From positions 90,650-154,649 of the IMG/VR virus record IMGVR_UViG_3300037418_002962: a stretch of 64,000 bases of DNA. The stretch is one strand, 5' to 3'. The notes below the pieces were generated by a model. That model did no database searches. It had not been told where the DNA came from and saw only the letters and a program-made list of their open reading frames with translations. Source of the DNA: a virus. Lineage: Duplodnaviria > Heunggongvirae > Uroviricota > Caudoviricetes. Positions 8,854-19,900 of the stretch are shown here, in pieces; the stretch's first letter is position 1; the number at the start of each line of letters is the position of its first letter. The position numbers and the translations under genes were made by a program.

Positions 8854-9566
8854 TGAAATCATTCAAGCAAATCTTAAAAGAACGTGAAGAAGAACTTCTA
8901 GATCCTGATAGATGGGTAGGAACTGCAAAACACAATACAGTATCTTCACATTACATTGGGCATGATTCAGTAAATCCTAATCACTGGTATAATAAACAAC
9001 ACGGTCCTGGAAGTTCTTATGACATACCTAAAAGCATAACTCCAGAAGAGGCTGAATCTCTTAATGATTATGCATGGGGTTCATGGCATATTAATCATTT
9101 TCATAGGTCAGGTGGAGAAGTTCCTAAGCATTTTAGTGGAACTAAAGGTGAAATAGAACATCACACAAAGAACTTAGATTCTGTTTTAAATAAACACAGC
9201 CTTTCAAATAACTTTCATGTCTGGAGAGGATTTGCAGAACACAAAATAGTTCCTGCATTAAATCTCAAACCGGGAGATACTTTCCATGATAAAGGATTTG
9301 TTTCTACTTCAACCAATCCTAATGTTGCTAAAGGATTTACACCATTATCTCCAGGAATTGACCGACATTTATTTCATATTAAAGTTCCTAAGGGAAGTAA
9401 AGCATTGGCAATGGAGCATGTTTCATTTGGGGCTGGTGGAGAGAATGAAGTATTACTTCCAAGAAACTCAAAGTTCCGTTACGATAGCAGGGAAGAACAT
9501 CCCGCTCCTGAAGGGTCTAAACTAATTATCCATCATGTTACGCATATCCCAGAAAGTTCCGAATGA
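8853..9566 (+). CDS. capsid-targeted ADP-ribosyltransferase paralog 5
   Basis: MKSFKQILKE; YAWGSWHINHFHRSGG, FHVWRGF, DKGFVSTST, GENEVLLPRNSKFRYDS. Confidence 0.8.
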   Translation: MKSFKQILKEREEELLDPDRWVGTAKHNTVSSHYIGHDSVNPNHWYNKQHGPGSSYDIPKSITPEEAESLNDYAWGSWHINHFHRSGGEVPKHFSGTKGEIEHHTKNLDSVLNKHSLSNNFHVWRGFAEHKIVPALNLKPGDTFHDKGFVSTSTNPNVAKGFTPLSPGIDRHLFHIKVPKGSKALAMEHVSFGAGGENEVLLPRNSKFRYDSREEHPAPEGSKLIIHHVTHIPESSE

Positions 9567-10183
9567 AAACCTACAAAGAACTGCTAGAAAAATGGATTGG
9601 TGCTCGTAGAAGTGTACAGCAAGGATCTAGGCAGTACTTGAAGAATTATGGCAAGACAAACTTTGGCACCAGAATTCATGATTATGGAAATATTTTTGAT
9701 GATGAAATAAAATCTTTACATCATTACTCTAATGAAGGATATGATTCAATTAATAGACATTTAAGACATAATTCAAAGTTCCCTGCACATCCTGCAATTC
9801 AAGAACATATTAATAATATTGATTATGCAATCCATAAACATGAAACCAAACATGATATGCATGTATATAGAAGTCTTGGATGGCATGATCCAGAAATGAA
9901 ACCAGGAGATATTTACCATGACAGAGGTTTCGTTTCTACAACATTAAATAATCATTGGGGCACAGGAACAGGACATCTCATCCATATCAAGGTTCCTAAA
10001 GGTTCCAAGGCACTTTATCTAAACCAGAGAAGTCTTTCAAAACACTTTGGAGAACAGGAAGTATTATTGCCAAGAAATGCAAAATTCCGTTATGAAGGTT
10101 CAGAGAAAGTAAAAGACAAATATAATCAGGAAGGCACTCTTCATCATATGACATATCTAGGAACACACCATGAAGACACTTAA
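9563..10183 (+). CDS. capsid-targeted ADP-ribosyltransferase paralog 6
   Basis: MKTYKELLEKWIG (closest to T4 IPIII CTS MKTYQEFIAE); YDSINRHLRHNS, MHVYRSL, DRGFVSTTL, GEQEVLLPRNAKFRYEG. Confidence 0.8.
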   Translation: MKTYKELLEKWIGARRSVQQGSRQYLKNYGKTNFGTRIHDYGNIFDDEIKSLHHYSNEGYDSINRHLRHNSKFPAHPAIQEHINNIDYAIHKHETKHDMHVYRSLGWHDPEMKPGDIYHDRGFVSTTLNNHWGTGTGHLIHIKVPKGSKALYLNQRSLSKHFGEQEVLLPRNAKFRYEGSEKVKDKYNQEGTLHHMTYLGTHHEDT

Positions 10184-10808
10184 AGAATTACTTGAAGAAA
10201 CTAAAAGGTTTGAGATAGGAAGTGAAGATCCTATGCATGATTTTTCTAATGAGGATTATCATAACTTTAAAAAATTAAATAATCCTCATCAGCACAACAG
10301 CCTTTCTAATCATGAGACAAGATATCTAGGTGATTATGCTGGTTCTGGCTATTCTGCTGTTAATGATTATCATAGAGGAATGAGGGAAAGATATTTCGAG
10401 AAAAATCCATATACAGTAAATGGTATCAAGAACAAAACAAAACATTTAGATTCTGCCATAGGCAAGCATATTACTCTATATGATGCCCATGTCTGGAGAG
10501 GTATTACGCATAAATTAAAAGCAAAGAAGGGTGATATAATTCAGGATAAAGGTTATACGTCCACAAGCTTCAGGCCAAATGCTGCAATGGCATTTCTTGA
10601 TATGGAAAATAACCTTAGACATCATCTAATTCATATAAAAATTCCTGCATATTCCAGGGCAGTTTATATGCATCATAATAATTCTTCAGAAGAACAGGAA
10701 GTTCTTTTACCAAGAGGAAGTAAATTTAAATACCTTGGGAAAGAGAAACATCCAAGATATCCTAATATTACTATACATCATCTAGAGCATATTCCAGAGG
10801 AATCATGA
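10170..10808 (+). CDS. capsid-targeted ADP-ribosyltransferase paralog 7
   Basis: MKTLKELLEE; YSAVNDYHRGM, AHVWRGI, DKGYTSTSF, EEQEVLLPRGSKFKYLG; 14-nt overlap with upstream paralog. Confidence 0.8.
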   Translation: MKTLKELLEETKRFEIGSEDPMHDFSNEDYHNFKKLNNPHQHNSLSNHETRYLGDYAGSGYSAVNDYHRGMRERYFEKNPYTVNGIKNKTKHLDSAIGKHITLYDAHVWRGITHKLKAKKGDIIQDKGYTSTSFRPNAAMAFLDMENNLRHHLIHIKIPAYSRAVYMHHNNSSEEQEVLLPRGSKFKYLGKEKHPRYPNITIHHLEHIPEES

Positions 10809-11440
10809 TTACTTTTAAAGAATTACAAGAAAAATGGTTAGGATCTTCAAAACACAAAGCACAAGGTGCAGAACCTCTATCTAATGAAGAAATGCATAAA
10901 ATTGGTAATAAACTTCATGATCCACAGGAACTATCCGATATTGAAAAAAATCATTTAAGTTATTATACTGGTCCTGGACATTTATTAGTTAATGATCATC
11001 TAAGAGGAATTCGTACTTTTTCAGATCCTGATATTCATAAAGATATCAGCCAAATTAGTAATGCCATAGGAAAACATTCTACAAAACATGACGTTCATGT
11101 ATGGAGAAGTTATCATGATATTAAAGATTTAGGTCTTAAAAAAGGCGATATTTTCCATGATAAAGGATTTGTTTCTACTTCTTTAAGAAATAATCATAGT
11201 TCTCATATTCATACTCATATTATGCACATAAAAGTTCCCAAGGGAAGCAATGCAATGTATCTGAATCAGGAAAAAACTTCTAGTTATCCAGATGAACATG
11301 AAGTACTTTTACAAAAAGGAGCAAAATTCAAATATCATGGCGCAAAAACTCATGAAGTTCCTTTTCCAGCAGATATGAGAAATCCCACAAGAACAATGAC
11401 AATTCATCGTATGACCTATCTTGGTTCTGAAGATTCATAA
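10805..11440 (+). CDS. capsid-targeted ADP-ribosyltransferase paralog 8
   Basis: MITFKELQEKWLG; HLLVNDHLRGI, VHVWRSY, DKGFVSTSL, DEHEVLLQKGAKFKYHG. Confidence 0.8.
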   Translation: MITFKELQEKWLGSSKHKAQGAEPLSNEEMHKIGNKLHDPQELSDIEKNHLSYYTGPGHLLVNDHLRGIRTFSDPDIHKDISQISNAIGKHSTKHDVHVWRSYHDIKDLGLKKGDIFHDKGFVSTSLRNNHSSHIHTHIMHIKVPKGSNAMYLNQEKTSSYPDEHEVLLQKGAKFKYHGAKTHEVPFPADMRNPTRTMTIHRMTYLGSEDS

Positions 11441-11476
11441 TAAATATTATGAATAATTTTTCAAGCAGGTATTAAT

Positions 11477-14338
11477 TTGTCTAACGATTTTTCAAATAAA
11501 ATTTCGAGTCTTATCCCAGACCAGTTTCCTGAACTATATAAGCAGGAAGGGCAAAATTTTATAGCCTTCCTCAGGGCTTATTACGAATTTTTGGAGTTAC
11601 AAACTTCACCAGTTGGTGATCTTAGATCTCGTCTATCCTATATAGATATTGACGAAACTCTTGAGCAGTTCATCATTCATTTCAAAAACAAATACCTATA
11701 CAATATTCAGTTCTCTACTGCAAGTAATAAAAGATTATTCATCAAAAATTCTCTTGACTTTTATCGTTCTAAAGGTACCCCAAGGGCAATAGATCTGTTC
11801 TTCCGTTTAGTTTACGGATTGCCAGCAGAAGTATATTATCCCGGAGAAGATTTATTCAGGCTCTCTGATGGTAAATGGGTAAAGCCAAAATATCTGGAAA
11901 TTACCCCAACAGAAAATAATGTAGCATTCATTGGGCAGTTAGTGACAGGGCTTGAAACAGGAGCAACAGCATTTGCTGATAGATTAGTAAAAAGAAATAT
12001 CAATGGTAAATTTGTTGATATTCTTTTTGTAGAAAATATTATAGGAAATTTTACTATAGGAGAAAGATTAGTTTGCCCTGTATTAAATAAAGGAATGAAT
12101 CTTCCAAAGATTATTGGCTCTCTTTCTGGAGTTACTATAACATCAGGAGGAAGTAATTTTCAATTAGGCAATATTCTTGATATCGAATCTGCCTCTGGTA
12201 CTTCAGGAAAAGGAACTGTTGCATCTCTTGGATCACAGCAAGGTTTCGTGACATTTAATCTAATCGATGGTGGATTTGGCTATAAAGCAAATTCACAAGT
12301 TATAGTATCAAATACTGTTCTTGCTCTTAATAATACTGTCATATCAAGCACAACTAATTTTTCTCCTTTTAGTTTCTTTGAGACTGTTGTATCTCCAGTT
12401 GCAAATATCAATTACATTTCTTTGGCTGGTGGAAATTTAGTAGCTAATCAAACAATTAATGAATATACCACAGGAGTTCTTACAGGCACTGGAACTATCT
12501 TATCAGTTACTCCATCCAATACAACTGCCGGAAGTATTCTTGTTGCAATAGATAAACTCTCAAATAATTCTATCAGTAACTTACAAAGTAATACTAAGTT
12601 TTTTGTCACAGGCAATGTTATTTCTGCAAATATTGGTTCATATACAGATAGAACTGTTACAGGCAATGTAATGGGTATTTCTTCAAATTCAGACCTTTAT
12701 GTTGGTGAAATTACAGGAAGTTTTATTCTAGGAGAAACAGTATATCAATATAATGGAGCTAATATTTCAGGTTCTGGACAGATATCAACCATAATTCCAC
12801 AAGGAGTTGGGGCTATCTTATCCATAACAAATGTTAATGGAGTATTCGTTTCCAATAATCAGTTGTTTGCTAATACTACTGTATCTGGTGAACTGACTAC
12901 AGCATCTGCTAATTTAATTTCTGTATCTACAAGCATTGGATTAACAAATATTGGAACAGTTCCTTTCCAGAGTGGAGCTTTTCTGTTCGCCAATACATCA
13001 AATACCAGAGCAATTATTATGTCTTCTTCAGGAGGCAATGCAGCAACTTTTTCTGTTGGTGGAATCGATAATCAGGAATTGGTCTCAGAGAATACAGATC
13101 TATTGAGCGGTAATAACACAGGAGGAATTCCTTTCCTTAATGTGAAGGTAAATGGATCGAATGGAAATACAGGATTTGCAAATGGCCTTGGATTTCCTGC
13201 CATGCCATCTGGTACTATGAATACTCCTATCTGGGAATTATTAACATATCAGCAATATACTGTAGGCAGAATAAATTCCTTAACTAATATAAATCCAGGA
13301 CATAATTATACTGCAACTCCATTTGTTTGTGTCTATGATAATTATTCTGCTGCTTTAGAATTGTATGATTATACCGTGGAAATTTCTAACTCTACTTCTC
13401 AATTTATGGTTGGAGAAATAGTAACCCAAAACACAGTTATTTCTGGGCAGGAAACACAAATAAACTATTCTGCAATCACTGGAACTTTACAGAATGGGGA
13501 GCTTGTATATCAGAGCAATGGTACTGCAAATATTGCTACTGGACTTGTCGATATTTTCACATCTAATCCAAATACTGTTTATATTAATTATGTTCATGGG
13601 GTCTTCACCACAGGATTTCCTGTAGTAGGTGCAAGATCAAATGCAAGTATAACAGTTACTTCTGCAAACTCAACTATTAACAGAGTTAACAAAGCAGTTA
13701 TTAAAAGTATCACAAATGGTTCTATACTTGAATTAAAGAGACTTACTAAAGAAGAGATGGTTATTAATTCAAGTGCTTATCCGATAATTGGTAGCCAAAC
13801 AGGGGCAAGAGCCTATGTCATTGATGAAATAGAACCTTATGATCCACCACAAATAGGATTGAATGCTGTTGTTGATACAGACACAATCATTGCTAATGGA
13901 GTTATGACTGGTCTTTCTATTATTGGGACTGGATTTGGATTTTCTAATAATGAAATTGTAACAATAACTACAGAGGATAATTCCTCTATTGCAACTGGTA
14001 TAGTTTCTACTTCTTCTCTAGGATTTGGTCAGGGATATTATTCGTCTAATAAAGGGTTCTTAAGTGACTCGATATATCTTCTTGATTCTGATTTTTACCA
14101 GGAATATTCTTATCAGATTATTTCAAAATTACCATTAGATTATTATAAATCTCAGGCCAAGAAAGTACTCCATGTAGCTGGTACAAGAATGTTTGGTAAA
14201 GTAGATTTATCTTCAAATACTCAGAGTATAATTACAGAAATATCTGAAGGAAATTCTTCGATAACTGTTATTAATGGACAGTACAATCTATCAATTGGAG
14301 ATCTATCAGGATTTAATTTAGTTGCAGGAATTACATAA
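11477..14338 (+). CDS. gp7: baseplate wedge protein, gp7-like (TTG start)
   Basis: 953 aa; N-terminal NSLDFYRSKGTPRAIDLFFRLVYGLPAEV resembles remembered T4 gp7 C-terminal segment (SRSYDFYSTKGIEASYKFLFKVLYNEE); no in-frame ATG for about 195 codons, TTG at 11477 directly after an in-frame TAA. Confidence 0.55.
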   Translation: MSNDFSNKISSLIPDQFPELYKQEGQNFIAFLRAYYEFLELQTSPVGDLRSRLSYIDIDETLEQFIIHFKNKYLYNIQFSTASNKRLFIKNSLDFYRSKGTPRAIDLFFRLVYGLPAEVYYPGEDLFRLSDGKWVKPKYLEITPTENNVAFIGQLVTGLETGATAFADRLVKRNINGKFVDILFVENIIGNFTIGERLVCPVLNKGMNLPKIIGSLSGVTITSGGSNFQLGNILDIESASGTSGKGTVASLGSQQGFVTFNLIDGGFGYKANSQVIVSNTVLALNNTVISSTTNFSPFSFFETVVSPVANINYISLAGGNLVANQTINEYTTGVLTGTGTILSVTPSNTTAGSILVAIDKLSNNSISNLQSNTKFFVTGNVISANIGSYTDRTVTGNVMGISSNSDLYVGEITGSFILGETVYQYNGANISGSGQISTIIPQGVGAILSITNVNGVFVSNNQLFANTTVSGELTTASANLISVSTSIGLTNIGTVPFQSGAFLFANTSNTRAIIMSSSGGNAATFSVGGIDNQELVSENTDLLSGNNTGGIPFLNVKVNGSNGNTGFANGLGFPAMPSGTMNTPIWELLTYQQYTVGRINSLTNINPGHNYTATPFVCVYDNYSAALELYDYTVEISNSTSQFMVGEIVTQNTVISGQETQINYSAITGTLQNGELVYQSNGTANIATGLVDIFTSNPNTVYINYVHGVFTTGFPVVGARSNASITVTSANSTINRVNKAVIKSITNGSILELKRLTKEEMVINSSAYPIIGSQTGARAYVIDEIEPYDPPQIGLNAVVDTDTIIANGVMTGLSIIGTGFGFSNNEIVTITTEDNSSIATGIVSTSSLGFGQGYYSSNKGFLSDSIYLLDSDFYQEYSYQIISKLPLDYYKSQAKKVLHVAGTRMFGKVDLSSNTQSIITEISEGNSSITVINGQYNLSIGDLSGFNLVAGIT

Positions 14339-14368
14339 ATATTTGTTTATAAACTCTGAGGAATTTTC

Positions 14369-16390
14369 ATGACATCTTTTGATTCCAATAGATTAATTAC
14401 TAATGATTTGAAATTAATCAATGCTCAACAATTTTTTGAGTATGTAAACAATGGCAAATCAGCCAACTCAGGATTGTATATATTTGCTGGAAAATCTAAT
14501 GGATGGCCTTTAAATAATACTCCAGTTCCTAATAACTCTATCCAGGAGCATCTTGCAGACTATAGAAATATGTTGTTTGGGAAACAAATAACTAACAACA
14601 ATATATACATTTGTATCACAAGAAATGATTGGGAAGCAAATACAATTTATACGAAATATTCAGATTTTGATGGAGATCTTTGGTCCAAACCATTTTATGT
14701 TGGAGTTCTAGATGGTACAAGCTACAATGTCTTCAAATGTATTGATAACAACTCCAATTCATTATCAACAGTTCCACCAAATCTAGCAGATACTTCAGAA
14801 TCAGATACATTCTACCAGACATCAGATGGTTATCAATGGAAATATATGTATTCTATAGGAGGAAGTATATTTAGTAATTATGGAACGAGTAATTTTATTC
14901 CTGTTGTTCCTAATGCTAATGTAGCTGGAAATGCTGTTCCAGGAACAATCGATGTTATCAATGTAGCCAATAGTGGGGCATTTTATAATAATTATTATTC
15001 AGGACAGTTTAATTTCTCTGATATTCAGATAAACGGAAATACCATTAATTATAATCTGAGCAATACTGCTTCATCTAATAATGATTTTTATTCTGGCTCT
15101 CTCTTGCTTATTACATCTGGGACTGGGGCTGGACAGTATAAAAAAATTGTTTCCTACAATGTTACTGGAAATAACAAAATAGCAACAATAAATTCTGCTT
15201 TTTCTGTTATTCCTGATGTTACCAGCACTTATGTGATATCTCCATTAGTAGAGATATATGGAGATGGATATCAAACAGCAAATGCTGTTGCCAGAGCAAT
15301 TGTTAATTCTAATTCAAGTAATTCTATTTCATCTATTGAAATATTAAACAAAGGTGTTGGATATAATTATGCAACTGCTGTTGTTTTATCTTCCAATACA
15401 ATTCCAGCTTCAGGGGCAATTCTTGACCCTGTTGTTTCTCCTATTGGTGGTCATGGTTCAAATGTATATGATGAACTAGGTGGTACAAGAGTTGTTATTG
15501 GAAATATTTTTTCTGTTAATGAATCTAATACAATTACAACAAATAATAGCTATTCTCAAATTGGAATTATTAAAGATCCTTTATTTGCAAATGTAACTCT
15601 TAATATTCTGAATAGTTCAGGAACTCCAGGTTCTAATGGAACATTTTTACCAGGAGAAGCTATCTATCAGGTCACTCCAATTACTCTGGGAGGAACAGTA
15701 AGTATAGCACCAACATCAAATGTTGCAACAGGAACTCTAACTCAATTTAATAATTCATTTGATAATGGAGATTATATTTTATTCACATCTGGTTCTAATA
15801 CAGATATCAATAAAGTATCTACTATTGCAAACAATACTTCATTAACACTAGTAAGCAATTCTTCTTTCCTTTCTAATAATGCAAATGTTTCTATGGTTCA
15901 GGTAACTGCAAAAGGTAAAGCTATTTCCTTTAATGGAAATGCTGTTAATATGACCAATGTGGCAGGAATATTTACACAAGGATCTTTAATTGTTGGGGAA
16001 ACTTCTGGAGCAAGCGGTTATGTAAATAATAACCTCGTGGGCTATCTCTCAAAAGGATTTTCTACCTTTAATCAATTAACTTATGTTACAGGGACGATTA
16101 CAGGAACATTCATTACTAATGAAACATTTACTCAACAGTCAAGTAATTCTTCTGGATCTATTCATTCTTATGATGGAACTAATCTATATCTAACAGATGT
16201 GATTGGAAATATTAACATCAATGATACTATTGTCGGGGAAACTTCTGGAGCAATAATAAATATTACAACAAAATATACTGGTGATTTGGTAAAGGATTCA
16301 GGAGAGTTTCTTTATGTAGAAGATTTAGTGCAAAAAATTACAAGAGCAAGTGTCCAATCTGAAGCAATAAAAATTATTCTAGAATTTTAA
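14369..16390 (+). CDS. baseplate wedge protein, gp8-like N-terminal domain with long C-terminal extension
   Basis: 673 aa; loose resemblance to T4 gp8 (YIFAGKSNGWP..., YQWKYMY vs YVWEYLF); position after the gp7-like gene. Confidence 0.4.
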   Translation: MTSFDSNRLITNDLKLINAQQFFEYVNNGKSANSGLYIFAGKSNGWPLNNTPVPNNSIQEHLADYRNMLFGKQITNNNIYICITRNDWEANTIYTKYSDFDGDLWSKPFYVGVLDGTSYNVFKCIDNNSNSLSTVPPNLADTSESDTFYQTSDGYQWKYMYSIGGSIFSNYGTSNFIPVVPNANVAGNAVPGTIDVINVANSGAFYNNYYSGQFNFSDIQINGNTINYNLSNTASSNNDFYSGSLLLITSGTGAGQYKKIVSYNVTGNNKIATINSAFSVIPDVTSTYVISPLVEIYGDGYQTANAVARAIVNSNSSNSISSIEILNKGVGYNYATAVVLSSNTIPASGAILDPVVSPIGGHGSNVYDELGGTRVVIGNIFSVNESNTITTNNSYSQIGIIKDPLFANVTLNILNSSGTPGSNGTFLPGEAIYQVTPITLGGTVSIAPTSNVATGTLTQFNNSFDNGDYILFTSGSNTDINKVSTIANNTSLTLVSNSSFLSNNANVSMVQVTAKGKAISFNGNAVNMTNVAGIFTQGSLIVGETSGASGYVNNNLVGYLSKGFSTFNQLTYVTGTITGTFITNETFTQQSSNSSGSIHSYDGTNLYLTDVIGNININDTIVGETSGAIINITTKYTGDLVKDSGEFLYVEDLVQKITRASVQSEAIKIILEF

Positions 16391-16439
16391 ATTGTATAAT
16401 AAATATTAAATAATAAAATGGAATAGGGACCACATTTTT

Positions 16440-16976
16440 ATGCTTTCATATTATAATACTTTAGAGGAAATATGTTATTTATATTGGGTTCATTTACCTG
16501 AACATAAAGATATGTTTAATCAAGGATACATTGGTATTTCAAAAAATATAAAAGCTAGATACTCATCTCATAAAGGAAATAAATCTCATAAGTATTTAAC
16601 AGAAGCATTTAAAAATTACAAAGACAAAATCACTGTTACAACTATATTAAAAGGAACAAGAGAATATTGTTTAGAAATTGAGAATAAATTAAGACCAGAA
16701 AAAAATATTGGATGGAATGATCAAATAGGCGGGGGAGATCCGCCATCACATAAAGGTAAAGCTAAATCAGAATCATGGAAAAAATTGATGAGTGATACTA
16801 AAAAAGGAATTCCTCACCCATGGACTATAGAATCTAATAAAAATAGAATTCCATCTGCAAAAGGTAAAAAATGGTATCATGATCCTGTAACTAAATACAG
16901 TAGTTATTTTAACCCAGGAGAACAGCCTGAAAATTGGGTATTAGGAAGATTTTCTAGAAAGAGAGTTATATTATAA
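16440..16976 (+). mobile_element. GIY-YIG homing endonuclease (Seg-like) between baseplate and fibre genes
   Basis: YLYWVHLPEH...GYIGISKNIKARYSSH (GIY...YIG...R..H); basic NUMOD-like C-terminus. Confidence 0.6.
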
Positions 16977-16977
16977 A

Positions 16978-19900
16978 ATGCCATTAACAACTAATTTAGA
17001 CGAAGCTAGCTATTTTGATGATTATGATCCAACTAAGGATTATTATAAAGTATTGTTTAAACCTGGAGTAGCTGTACAGGTAAGAGAATTAAATCAACTC
17101 CAGACAATGCTTCAAAATCAAATTGAGCAGTTTGGCGATAACATCTTAACAAATGGAACAATTGTTGCAGGTTGTAACTTCACTTATAATCCTAATCTTT
17201 CTTATGTCAAGTTGATTGATGTACAGGGAGATGGAAATCCAGTTAATGTAAATAATTATAATAATTTTATCGCAACTGGTAGTATCACTGGCCTTACTGC
17301 ATATATTACAAATACAGTTTCCGGGTTCGTATCAAGCAATCCTGATCTTAACACTTTATATGTAAATTATACAAATGGAAATGATACATCAAATACTTTC
17401 GTTCCTAATGAAACTCTAAAAATATCAGATACAAATAATTCAATATGGGAAGTGGATATTAATAATGGTTCTTCGGGTTTCTCAAATACTGATACAATGG
17501 TATTTGTCTCTGCTATTACAGTGGCTAATACCTTGGGCGGAAATGCTTTTTCTAATTCTAGCAGTGGTTCTGCCAATTTTTCAGTAGGCCAAGTAATAAC
17601 TGGTGTTACTTCGAATGCATCTTTAACAATTTATGAAGTTAACACAACAATTAATGCAACTTCTCTTGTGCTTAAAGTAAAACCATCAGTTTCTCAGCTA
17701 TCAAACGGAACTGCCAATGTTCTATCCTGGACATTATCTAATGGAGAAAATATTTTTGTTACAAATGGTGTACAATATGCACAGGTAACATCAATTATTG
17801 GTGAAAATGCTCAAGGAAGTTTCACTACAGATTCTTCTGGTGCAATATTAACCACAGCAATGATAAATCGTGGTGAAGAATATTATTGCCCACCATATAC
17901 TAGCATTATCTCTACTACAGGGGCTATAAGCACTCTAAATTTATCTGCAAGAAATTATCTGGCAACCGTCAATGTTGCCTCAGTAACTAATGCAACAGGA
18001 TTTGCTTATGCCTTTGGAGTTTCTAATGGTGTTATTTACCAGAAGGGATATTTTTCAAGAGTAAATCCCCAGACTGTTGTTGTTACAAAATATTCAAATG
18101 TTCCAGATCAGGTATCAATCGGGTTCGATACTCTAGAAAGTATTGCAAATGCTTCTATAGATTCTTCATTATATGATAATGCAATTGGTAGTCCAAATGA
18201 AACTGCTCCAGGGGCTGATAGGCTTCAACTAACACCAACTCTTGTTGTTGTTCCAACAGTAAATGCCCAAGCTAATTCAGATTTCTTTTCTATTGTAGAA
18301 TTTAGTAATGGCTATCCATATATTCAAAGAAATCATACTCAATATAATGAAATTGAAGCAGAGATGGCATCAAGAGAATTTGATACTTCGGGAAATTTCG
18401 TTGTTACTCCATTCAATCTCTCTACAGTTTCTCCCTCTATACAGAATAATGAATCATTTGGGTTTAATATGGTTATTTCTCCGGGAGCCGGGTATTTAAA
18501 TGGGTTTAAAATTGAAACTGATGCTCAATATAGCCAAGGAGTAAATAAAGGCATTGATACTGTTATTAGAAGTAATAATGCAATGTCAATTAATTATGGT
18601 AATTACATACGAATTAATAATATTGGTGGCATGTTCCAGTTTCAATCAGGAGATGTTATTAGCCTTTATGATACTGCATGTAACTTTCTAGGGTCTGCAG
18701 CAAAATTTGGTGCTGCAATTTCTACTTCTGGACTTGGAAATCTTATTGGTACCGCAAGAATTCGTTCATTAATTTATGAAGGTGGGGCCGATGCGGGCCT
18801 TCCTGGTGCAATTTATAGACTTTATCTTTTCGATATTTCAATAAATCAGGGAAAGAATTTTGGAGCAACAAGATCTGTATTCTATAATAATGCAACAACT
18901 GGCAAGGGTGTAGCAGATATTGTAACGGATCTTACTCTTAATAATGGTGCAGTAATTTGTAAATTACATAATCCGACAAGTGCTAAAAATCAGTTAGTGG
19001 TTAGAGGCATAACAGCTATGAAAAATGCTAACACTATAAATTATACTTATAGAACAATAAGAAGTTCAAATTGTAATACTTCTGGTATTATTTCTATGCA
19101 ATTAACCAATCCAGGAGAAACTTTCCCTTATCCTCATGGTGCTGCATTATTACCAACTGATGTTGAAGATATTATTGTATTCCCAACAGCAAATGCTGTT
19201 GCAGTAGCCAATGCTGCCGGAACTATTTCTTGTAATACAACTTCTAATATAATTTCTGGTTCTGGAACTTCACTTACAAGTTTTGCTGTTGGTGATTATA
19301 TTCAAATCTATAATGGTGGTGGTTCTACCATTAGAAGATTAACCTCAATCACAAATGCTATTTCTGCAACAATAGATTCGAATTGCTCATTTGCTAATAC
19401 AACTGCAAGTTTTGCTACTGTTCTCCCAGCAAATATTATGATTCCAATTGCCACAAGGCCAGCAAGATCAGCAAATATTGATAGCACTGGTACTCTATTA
19501 ACAATTAATCTAGGAAATACTTTCTTAACAAATACTAGTGTTAACATGGCATTTAATGTTAATGTTGCAAATGCCCAGCCCTATCCTAAGGTGTCAACTC
19601 GTGGAGTATCTGTATATTTACAGGCAAATACAAATGCAGGAAATACTGTTGGGCCATGGCTTCTTGGTGCTCCAGATATTTTTAGATTACGTGGAGTATG
19701 GCTAGGTTCCAATACAACATTTACTGCCAATACAGGAACAAACGTAACTACAAACTTCTTTATCGATCATAATCAAAATAAAGATTATTATGATTTAGGA
19801 TATCTATATATTAAACCAACTTCTAATTATATTGTTCCAACCAATGGAGTTCTTTTAGTTGAATTTGATTGTTATCAACAAGGTGCTGGAACAGGATTTG

